The notes under the pieces are model-generated. The model made no database searches. It was given only the letters and a program-made list of their open reading frames with translations, and was not told where the DNA came from. Made by a program: the position numbers and the translations under genes. 33,321 bases of DNA from Thermoplasmatales archaeon SW_10_69_26 (lineage in GTDB: Archaea > Thermoplasmatota > SW-10-69-26), in the NCBI GenBank assembly GCA_003009755.1, contig PXUB01000011.1:1-33321 (forward strand), written 5' to 3'. Shown in pieces: positions 26,451 to 33,321 of this stretch (within the stretch, counting starts at the first letter, position 1; each line of letters opens with the position of its first letter).

Positions 26451-26580
26451 GTATGGGTCTCCTGCGGCGAGAAGCCGCGGTGAACGTCTTCAACCAGCGG
26501 TATGAGAGGGGCCTTATTGAATCCATCCGCGGAGGGCGGTGGAACCTTCCATGCTCGCCGGAGGGGCGGCTCGCGAGCGG

Positions 26581-27120
26581 TCAGTCTTCCCTGGCATCCT
26601 CGCCCGAGCGGATGCGGGCGTCGCGACCGGTGTGGAGCTCGACCTCGTCGCGGCGCTCCTTCGTGTACAGCCCGTCGAAGCGGACGAAGGTGCCGGGATC
26701 GACGCCGACGACGTCCTGGATGTGGTCGTCCCACATCGTGATCTCGTAGACCCCCTTGTCTCCCTTGACGCGGGCATCGGTCACGAACCCGGTCGATCCG
26801 TCGTCGCGCTGGAAGGTGCGCGTGGGCTCGACGCCCAACAGCTCGCCCTCCACGATCACGCCGTCCAGTCCGGGCTCGATGTCCTCGGGCGCCAGCACCT
26901 TCGCGTAGTCGGGGGCGACCAGCTCGGCGTGCGGGGCCGCGTCCATCTCGTCGAGGACCGTCAACGCGGCGACCTCCGGCGTCAACAGTTCGCCGCTGGC
27001 GCGCACGAGCTCGCCGACCTCCTCGAGGAAGGATCGCTTGTCGGTCTGTTGCTCGGCGCGCTCGATCAGCTCCTCGAGCTCTTCGCTGTGTCGCCCGAGA
27101 CCGGCCATCGTGGGTGTCAT
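26581..27120 (-). CDS. OB-fold ssDNA-binding (RPA/SSB-like) protein with an N-terminal helical domain
   Basis: VEGELLGVEPTRTFQRDDGSTGFVTDARVKGDKG...ITMWD..ELHTG matches the archaeal RPA OB-fold pattern; directly upstream of radA. Confidence 0.8.
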   Translation of the reverse strand: MTPTMAGLGRHSEELEELIERAEQQTDKRSFLEEVGELVRASGELLTPEVAALTVLDEMDAAPHAELVAPDYAKVLAPEDIEPGLDGVIVEGELLGVEPTRTFQRDDGSTGFVTDARVKGDKGVYEITMWDDHIQDVVGVDPGTFVRFDGLYTKERRDEVELHTGRDARIRSGEDARED

Positions 27121-27539
27121 GCGTCCTCACCTCGCAACGTTTCGATCGGCGTCGACTGGCGCGGCAGATCGAACAGCGTCCGGTGGCGGCTCGTCTTGAT
27201 CGGGTAGCGCTCGCCGGCCAGCGCCTGTCGCAGCAGCTCGTGCTTGTCGATCAGCGCGCGAGAGTCCCACGTCTCGACGATGATCGTCGGTTCGAGGTAA
27301 TCCACACAGTAGCAGGGGATCCGTCGGCAGCCCAGCTGCTGGAGGGCGTGGAAACGGTGGTGCCCGTCGAGGATGACCTCGGTGGCGCGGTCGACGAGCA
27401 CGGGCTCGTGCACGGCTCCGTCGGCGCGGATCCGCTTGGTGAGCCGGTCGACATCCGTCTCGTCGACCTCTTCGTGCGGGGTCAACCGACCGACCGGGAG
27501 GAGGGTATAGTGAGGTGCCGAACCCGTCAATCGGGCCAT
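27117..27539 (-). CDS. ParB/Srx N-terminal domain protein (SerK/SbnI-like)
   Basis: LTPHEEVD, EPVLVD and VILDGHHRFHAL..LG..IP motifs. ATG at 27539. Confidence 0.8.
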   Translation of the reverse strand: MARLTGSAPHYTLLPVGRLTPHEEVDETDVDRLTKRIRADGAVHEPVLVDRATEVILDGHHRFHALQQLGCRRIPCYCVDYLEPTIIVETWDSRALIDKHELLRQALAGERYPIKTSRHRTLFDLPRQSTPIETLRGEDA

Positions 27540-28159
27540 CCTCCGGCCATCTTCTCGCCCTCCATGCGGCGGAGGCCGAGCTCGCGGCGGACGTCCGCGC
27601 TCACCATCTCGCCCCATGGGAACGTGAAGAACGCCATCGTGCGCGGCGGCTCGCGCCGCAGCAGTGACACGAGGCTCTCCACCAGCGAGGTTTGCCGACG
27701 CTTCGTCAACGGTCCGACCTGGGCATCGTCCAGCAGAGCGTCGACGCCGGCGCGGGCCCGGTCCTCGACGTTGGCGCCCTCCGCCCGCTTGACCGTGCGC
27801 TTGATGCGGCGAGCTTTCGACAGGCCGACGCTGGATCGCGACCCGATCGGATGCAGGTCGGCGTCGTTGTCCTCGGCCCAGTTCACGATGCGCTGGTAGA
27901 CCGTGAGCGGCGGCTCCTCGGCTTCCTCCTCCATGTCGGCCACGTGCGCGGCGAGGAACGGGTCCTCGACCTCGTCGCTCTCCAGGGAGGTCATGTCGTC
28001 GACGGTCAGATCCAGGGCGATGGTGTCGGGATCCATCCGATCGATCAGATCGGTCACGGACGAGATGGTATCGGGGGCTCCGAGGACCATGTCGCAGGTC
28101 ACGAAGGTGACCTGGCCGACGCTCCGGTGGACGTGCATCGCCGACGACGATGCGGCCAC
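27527..28159 (-). CDS. Hypothetical protein, weakly TraB/GumN-like
   Basis: Coding-like acidic ORF overlapping the next gene. IDRMDPDTIALDL recalls the TraB 'I....PD.V.VEL' segment, but the conserved residues are degenerate. Confidence 0.6.
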   Translation of the reverse strand: MAASSSAMHVHRSVGQVTFVTCDMVLGAPDTISSVTDLIDRMDPDTIALDLTVDDMTSLESDEVEDPFLAAHVADMEEEAEEPPLTVYQRIVNWAEDNDADLHPIGSRSSVGLSKARRIKRTVKRAEGANVEDRARAGVDALLDDAQVGPLTKRRQTSLVESLVSLLRREPPRTMAFFTFPWGEMVSADVRRELGLRRMEGEKMAGGWPD

Positions 28160-28281
28160 CGTGCTGAAGGTTTTGTGGTCGTGCCCCGAACGGGTAGGTT
28201 CGCTTCGGGGAAGAGGGGAAAGGCGAGCCCCGCCCGGTCGCCCGGGCGGGCCATGCAGGGACCGGCTGCCTCAGCAGCGGC

Positions 28282-30744
28282 TCAGCACTCCGAGTAGCCG
28301 CAGCCGTGGCACTTCACGCAGCCCTCTTCGTAGACCAGCATGGCCGAGCAGTCCGGGCACTCCGGGCTGCGGCCGCGGCTCACGAGCTCGGCCGCCTGGT
28401 CCGTGTCCTCCTCGTCGACGGTCTCCTTCTCGGCCTCGGTGTCCGTCTTGACCGTCGCCTCGCCGTGGGCGCCGGTGCCGGGGCCGTCGGCGAAGGTGTC
28501 GACGCGGGCCTGGATGCTCTTGCGGAACTCGCCGGAGAGCTGGCGTTGCAGCGCGGTCGCGAGCGCGTCGGGGACCGAGTAGATCTGCTCGCCGTGGTCC
28601 CAGGCGATCTTGGGCGACCGGATGCCCTCGAGCTGCTCGACGATCTCCTCCACGGGCACACCGGAGCGCAGACCCAGCGAGATCAGGCGGGCCACGGCCT
28701 CGGTGAACGACGCGGTGTAGCCGCCGCCGCGTCCGATCTGAGCGAACACCTCGAAGAGGCCACGCTCGTCCTCGTTGATGGTCACGTACAGGGAACCGTA
28801 GCCGGTCTCGATCTTCTGCGTGGTCCCCATCGTCACGTCGGGGCGCGGGCGCGGGGTCGTCTGCGGATCCGTGACGGCCGAGGGCTCGGCGGCACCCTCG
28901 GTCGTGACGGGGGCCTGGGCGGCCTCCTCGGCCTCCACGGCTTGGGCCTCGGCGTCCTCGTCCCCCTCGCTCTCCTCTTCGGAGATGAGGATGCCCTCGC
29001 GGGAGCTCTCTCGGTAGACGGTGACGCCCTTGCAGCCGAGCTCCCAGGCGTACTCGTAGACCTCCTTGACGGTCTCCACGTCGATGTCGGCGGGGAGGTT
29101 GACCGTGCTGGAGATCGCGCTGTCGACGTAGGGCTGCAGCGTGCCCTGCATCTTGACCCGGAAGAACGGGTCGATGTCGTGGGCGGTGACGAAGAAGTCC
29201 GGCAGCTCGCCCTCCTCGTTCCCGGTCGCGTCGCGGTACTCCTGGACGAGCCGGTGGTCGACCTCGTAGAACTCCTGGCTGAGGCTCTCGCTGCGGCGCT
29301 GGTACTTGAGCTGGAAGATCGGTTCGACGCCGCTGGTGGTGCCGGTGAGCACGCTGCCGGAACCGACGGGAGCGACGGTGAGCAGGGCCACGTTGCGGAG
29401 GCCGTGCTCGGCAATCTTGTCCTTGATCTCCTGGGGCAGGCGCTGGACGAAGGGTCGGTCGAGGTGCTCCTCGGCGTCGAAGAGCGGGAACGGCTCCTTC
29501 TCCTTGGCGATCTCGGTGCTCTCGTCGTAGGCCCAGTTGCGGATGCGCTCCATCAGCCGGTCGACGAACGCGATCGCGTCGTCGCTGTCGTACTTGATCC
29601 GCAGCTTGGCCAGCATGTCGCCCAGCCCGGTCACGCCGAGACCGATGCGGCGCGTGTTGCGGGCTTGCTCGGCTTGCTCCTCGTGGGCGTGCAGGGGGAG
29701 GTTGTACTCGACGACGTCGTCGAGGAAGCGCACGCCGGTGCGGACGGCGCGCTCGATGCCGTCCCAGTCGACGTCGGCGTCCTGCTGGAACTCGCCTTCG
29801 ATGAAGGAGGCGACGTTCACGTGGCCCAGGGTGCAGGCGCCGTTGGACTCCAGCGGCTGCTCGCCGCAGGGGTTGGTGCCTTCGACGGGGGCGCAGTACT
29901 CGCTGGGGCTCTCCGCCTTGACGTTGTCCCAGAACAGGATGCCGGGCTCGGCGCTCGCGTGGGCGCTGGTGATCATCTCGTCCCACAGCTCGCGGGCGTC
30001 GACCGTGTCCTCGACGCGGCCGACCTCCTCGCTCTCGTAGTGGAGGGTGTACTCCTCGCCGGCCTGGACGGCCTCCATGAACTCGTCGTCGACCTTGACG
30101 CTGATGTTCGCGTAGCGGACGGAGTCGAGGTCGTCGCTTTTGATCGAGACGAAGTCCTCGATGTCCGGGTGCCAGACGGGGCTGGAGATCATCAGGGCGC
30201 CACGGCGGCCGTGCTGACCGATCGTGCCCGTCGTGGTGCTGAACAGCTCCATGAAGCTCACGGCGCCGCTGCTGGTGCGCGCCGCGTTGTTCACGGGCGT
30301 TCCCTGCGGGCGCAGGACACCGATGTCGACGCCGTTGCCGCCGCCGTAGGAGTACGTGCGAGCCGCCGACTTACACCAGTCGAAGATCGCCTCGAGCGAG
30401 TCCTCCTCGATGCCCGTGTAGTAACAGTTCGTGAGCGTGACGTCGCGCGGGTTGCCGGCACCGTGCAGGATCCGGCCGCCGGGGACGAACGTGAAGTCCT
30501 CGAGCAGCCAGTGGAACTCGTCGAACCAGTGCGATTGATCCTCCTCCACGGAGGCCATCGCTTCGGCCACGCGTTCCCACATCTGTTTCGGATGGGTCTC
30601 GATGAGACCCTCCTCGTCCGTCTCCAGCGCGTACTTCTCGATGAAGCACCGCGCTTGAAGCTCGTCACCGTCGAAGTAGTCCAACGCTTCCTGAGGCAGC
30701 TCGTCGGGCGAGCTTTCCTCTTGTTCTGTTACCACACTAGCCAT
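28282..30744 (-). CDS. nrdJ: Class II (adenosylcobalamin-dependent) ribonucleotide reductase with a C-terminal TSCPD-like/zinc-ribbon domain
   Basis: FVPGGRI, TLTNCYY, GGGNGVD, QHGRRGALM, TNPCGEQPL, RRIGLGVTG, VAPVGS, ISSTVNLP, CKGVTVYR; ends CPDC..EEGCVKCHGCGYSEC. Confidence 0.96.
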   Translation of the reverse strand: MASVVTEQEESSPDELPQEALDYFDGDELQARCFIEKYALETDEEGLIETHPKQMWERVAEAMASVEEDQSHWFDEFHWLLEDFTFVPGGRILHGAGNPRDVTLTNCYYTGIEEDSLEAIFDWCKSAARTYSYGGGNGVDIGVLRPQGTPVNNAARTSSGAVSFMELFSTTTGTIGQHGRRGALMISSPVWHPDIEDFVSIKSDDLDSVRYANISVKVDDEFMEAVQAGEEYTLHYESEEVGRVEDTVDARELWDEMITSAHASAEPGILFWDNVKAESPSEYCAPVEGTNPCGEQPLESNGACTLGHVNVASFIEGEFQQDADVDWDGIERAVRTGVRFLDDVVEYNLPLHAHEEQAEQARNTRRIGLGVTGLGDMLAKLRIKYDSDDAIAFVDRLMERIRNWAYDESTEIAKEKEPFPLFDAEEHLDRPFVQRLPQEIKDKIAEHGLRNVALLTVAPVGSGSVLTGTTSGVEPIFQLKYQRRSESLSQEFYEVDHRLVQEYRDATGNEEGELPDFFVTAHDIDPFFRVKMQGTLQPYVDSAISSTVNLPADIDVETVKEVYEYAWELGCKGVTVYRESSREGILISEEESEGDEDAEAQAVEAEEAAQAPVTTEGAAEPSAVTDPQTTPRPRPDVTMGTTQKIETGYGSLYVTINEDERGLFEVFAQIGRGGGYTASFTEAVARLISLGLRSGVPVEEIVEQLEGIRSPKIAWDHGEQIYSVPDALATALQRQLSGEFRKSIQARVDTFADGPGTGAHGEATVKTDTEAEKETVDEEDTDQAAELVSRGRSPECPDCSAMLVYEEGCVKCHGCGYSEC

Positions 30745-31222
30745 GTTTCGGTGTCACCTCATTAGAATCGTGGGTCGAGGGACCCAGCTGTTCGAGCTCC
30801 TGGACGAACTGCGTGCCGTCCGAGAAGTCCTTGTAGACGGACGCGAAGCGTAGGTAGGCGACCTCGTCCACGTCCTTGAGCCGGTCGCAGACGATCTCGC
30901 CGATCGTGTCGCTTTCGACGATCCGCCCCGCGCGGGAGCGGAGCTCGTCCTCGACGGCGCCGATCAGCGCCTCGAGCTCGTCCTCGTCTACCGGTCGCTT
31001 CTCGACGGCTCGTCGGATACCGGCAGCCAGCTTGTCCCGCCGGAAGGGCTCGGTCTGCCCGTCGCGCTTCTCGACCTCCACGTGGTGGAGCTTCGAGCGC
31101 TCGTACGTGGTGAACCGCTCCCCGCAGTTCTCGCACTCTCGGCGACGTCGGACGCACGCGCCGTCGTCGATGTTCCGCGAGTCGACGACGCCGGTCGATC
31201 CTTGGCAGTAGAGACACTTCAC
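30737..31222 (-). CDS. nrdR: Transcriptional repressor NrdR
   Basis: MKCLYC..VVDSR..RRRRECENCGERFTTYER, ATP cone VEKRDG..EPFRRDKL and DEVAYLRFASVYKDF. GTG start at 31222. Confidence 0.96.
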   Translation of the reverse strand: MKCLYCQGSTGVVDSRNIDDGACVRRRRECENCGERFTTYERSKLHHVEVEKRDGQTEPFRRDKLAAGIRRAVEKRPVDEDELEALIGAVEDELRSRAGRIVESDTIGEIVCDRLKDVDEVAYLRFASVYKDFSDGTQFVQELEQLGPSTHDSNEVTPKHG

Positions 31223-31266
31223 GACGGGCCCATCCCCTCGAACCGCGACACGGCCCCGCGGCCCCC

Positions 31267-31282
31267 ACCCAATATGTAGGGG
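31267..31282. promoter_or_regulatory. NrdR box (operator) upstream of nrdR-nrdJ
   Basis: ACCCAATATGTAGGGG fits the bacterial NrdR consensus acaCwAtATaTwGtgt at all the upper-case core positions. Confidence 0.7.
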
Positions 31283-31320
31283 GAACCCTCGGCACCGAGT
31301 ACGAGACCTCGTACCGACAA

Positions 31321-31336
31321 CCCCCATATTAAGGCC
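31321..31336 (-). promoter_or_regulatory. TATA-like box overlapping a weaker second NrdR-box-like site
   Basis: CCCCCATATTAAGGCC on the plus strand (TTAATATG on minus), 54 bp from the first box. Confidence 0.45.
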
Positions 31337-31477
31337 GCCGGATCTGATTCGCGTATCGGGGGGGACATCGACTGTTTCAACTGGAGTCATGCGGGCTCTC
31401 GCGGACCCAGGGGAGACCACGCCTGTTCCTTCACCGTGGATCTGGAAGGTGACCGGAAGTACCGGCGGCGAGCCGGG

Positions 31478-31852
31478 TCAGTAAACGTAGACGGTCGGGG
31501 CCAGGTAGACGACCAGGAGGAAGAAGAGAGGGTAGGCGGCGGCCGCGAGGGCGAAGCGGTAGGCGGGAGCAAGCTGGGCCGTCGTCGCGTGATGGACGGC
31601 CGTCGCGACCGCGAAGAGAAGCACCGAGAGACCGAGCGCGGAGAACGCCTGGGACTCCTGATCCGTCAACGGGACGCCGAACACCGTGTAGTAGGTCCCG
31701 CTAGGTCCCATGCAGTTCTCGTCGTCTGGCTCACAGCCCCGTTCGCGGTCGACCACGCCGGTCGCGACAGCCGCCGCGACGATCACGGCGACCGCCAGCG
31801 CGGCCGCGGCCGTGGCCACGATCGCGCGGCGGGCCCTCGGGTGCTCCTCCAT
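31478..31852 (-). CDS. Small membrane protein with three transmembrane segments
   Basis: ATG at 31852 (MEEHPRARRA..); three hydrophobic helices; loop with a CEPDDENC Cys pair. Confidence 0.65.
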   Translation of the reverse strand: MEEHPRARRAIVATAAAALAVAVIVAAAVATGVVDRERGCEPDDENCMGPSGTYYTVFGVPLTDQESQAFSALGLSVLLFAVATAVHHATTAQLAPAYRFALAAAAYPLFFLLVVYLAPTVYVY

Positions 31853-31859
31853 CGCGATC

Positions 31860-32300
31860 ACGTCGAGTTTGGCGGGCTCGATCGTTGATGTCGTTGTTGC
31901 TCGCCGCGTCCTCGACGTCGCTCGTGGCGTAGCCGTGGCTGGACCAACGGCATCCCTGGTCGTAGTAGTCCCGCAGGCTGTCGTCCTCGCCATCTTCGAC
32001 CATCTCCGTCAACCGGTGGTCCGAGGGGTCCGAGGACTCGCCGTCGGAGGCGGAGTCCACGACGTCCCACAGCGTCCTCGCCACGTTCCACTCGTTGTCG
32101 TCTCCCTGGGCGGTGCTTCCGCGATCGCTGCTCTCGATGTCGTTTCCGTTGTCGTCGTCCCCGTCCGCTCCCGGAACCCCGTCGTTGCCGAGGCGAGTGC
32201 TTCGTCGTGACCGCCGTCACCGTCGGGCCCGGGATCGCCATCGACAACGCGTCCAACTGCGTCGGCATCGCGACCCAGGCGCCAAGCGTAGCCTCGAGCG
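31860..32300 (-). pseudogene. Probable degraded fragment of a secreted Asp-rich protein gene
   Basis: A coding-like acidic frame (LGNDGVPGADGDDDNGNDIESSDRGSTAQGDDNEWNVARTLWDVVDSASDGE..NNDIN) follows an in-frame TGA with no early start; the acidic reading appears to continue upstream in another frame. Boundaries approximate. Confidence 0.4.
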
Positions 32301-32362
32301 GGGCCTTGGCGATCCAGGAACCCACCGCAACGGATAAACTGGGCCGTGGGCTACGGCCGGGC

Positions 32363-32998
32363 GTGCGCGTGCTCCTGCTGCTCTCCGGCGGCATCGATTC
32401 ACCCGTGGCTGGACGCTTCTTGCAGGAGAACGGCCACGACGTCGCCGCCTTGCACTTCAGCCAGGAGCCGTTCACCGACGCCTCCCCCGAGGACAAGTCG
32501 GCCACCTGCGCCGACCACCTCGGCATCGAGCCGTTGTGGGTGTCGCGCGCCGGGGAACGCTTCGGCGAGCTGACGAGCACGTGCGAGCATCGGCTGTACT
32601 TCGTGCTCTCCAAGCGGTTGATGCTCGCCGCCGGTGACCGCCTGGCTCGCCGGGAGGGCTTCGACGCGATCGCGACCGGCGAGAACCTCGGCCAGGTGTC
32701 CTCGCAAACCCTGCAGAACCTCTCCGTCATCCACGAGGCCACCCAGCTCCCGGTCCTGACACCGCTGTTGGCCCTCGACAAGGACGAGATCGTCGACGCC
32801 GCGCGCGAGTTCGGCACCTACGAGATGTCGACCGGGCCGGAGATGTGCGACACGCTGGGCCCCGACCATCCGGCGACGGCCGCCGACGTCGACGAGATCA
32901 CCGAGGCCGAGGAGGCCACCGACCTGGACGAGATGGCAGCCGACCTCGTCGCCGAGGACAACCTCGCCCGCGTCCAACCGGAAGCCGTCTCGGCTTGA
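32363..32998 (+). CDS. ThiI-family PP-loop sulfurtransferase/adenylyltransferase domain only (no NFLD/THUMP)
   Basis: MRVLLLLSGGIDSPVA, KRLML, IATGENLGQVSSQTLQNL, PLLALDKDEI..GTYEMS..GPEMC..HPAT. GTG at 32363; the upstream extension in the ORF track looks non-coding. Confidence 0.85.
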   Translation: MRVLLLLSGGIDSPVAGRFLQENGHDVAALHFSQEPFTDASPEDKSATCADHLGIEPLWVSRAGERFGELTSTCEHRLYFVLSKRLMLAAGDRLARREGFDAIATGENLGQVSSQTLQNLSVIHEATQLPVLTPLLALDKDEIVDAAREFGTYEMSTGPEMCDTLGPDHPATAADVDEITEAEEATDLDEMAADLVAEDNLARVQPEAVSA

Positions 32999-33151
32999 GG
33001 TCAGCCGACGACGAGCCCAGCGAGACGCTCTCGATAGGCCGCAGTGGATCCTCCTTACCTTACCGATGCTCCCCTAGGGCCGGTCTGTGAATCGTGGTGC
33101 ACGCCAGGTTTGCGCCGAACGCAGAGATGCGAGGGAGCCGACCGACGAGCT

Positions 33152-33321
33152 TAGACTGCCGGACGTGTTTTGCTTACGCTCTCGCGCCGGTCTCGGGAGA
33201 CCGGGCACGGTCTGCCGAGAGGACGAGCCCGGAGGGCTCGTGCGAATGAGCGAGGCAAGGTCGCGGAGCCCGAGGAAGGAAACCCCGAAAATTTCCGACC
33301 CTCCGGTGGTTGCAGGCCCGC
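33152..33321. ncRNA. Second, diverged copy of the structured non-coding element, probably truncated by the window end
   Basis: TAGACTGCCGGACGT is 14/15 identical to 18261-18275. Followed by TGCT..TCTCGC, GACC..GGTCTGCC and ACGAGCC-loop-GGCTCGTGC..TGAG..GGC..TCGCGGAG in the same order as copy 1; hairpin CCGGTCT-CGGG-AGACCGG. Confidence 0.55.

Noticed and set aside
28282-30744. Intein in NrdJ (or in RadA/Hef)
   Set aside because: Protein lengths are normal and catalytic motifs are contiguous, with no intein boundary or LAGLIDADG motifs seen.
33041-33056. GTGGATCCTCCTT resembling the 16S rRNA 3' end (also GGATCCTCC at 25391)
   Set aside because: It does not match GGATCACCTCCT and no rRNA sequence precedes it; probably chance.

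Overview
High-GC archaeal chromosome segment with strongly acidic (Asp/Glu-rich) proteins, consistent with a salt-adapted euryarchaeote. The lineage cannot be fixed from this window; a halophilic Thermoplasmatota-like organism is a guess. Housekeeping genes: rpoF, rpl21e, pus10, aRF1, an A24 prepilin peptidase, hef, UPF0147, a 53-aa short histone missed by the ORF track, radA, an OB-fold protein, a ParB/SerK-like protein, nrdR-nrdJ with a NrdR box, and a THUMP-less ThiI. Accessory genes: secreted proteins and lipoproteins, a CocE/NonD hydrolase, an SDR, a large class II aldolase-like protein, an AA5-type copper radical oxidase, a six-gene MoxR/DUF58/DUF4129 operon, a PfkB kinase and a DUF4258-like protein. 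The most unusual feature is a ~520-nt non-coding element (18261-18784) made of about ten near-perfect short-loop hairpins nested inside long-range helices. A second, diverged copy begins at 33152 and runs to the window end, sharing three collinear sequence/structure blocks. I do not recognise it as tRNA, rRNA, SRP RNA, RNase P RNA, an intron or a CRISPR array, so it is a candidate undescribed multicopy structured RNA or ssDNA-type mobile element.
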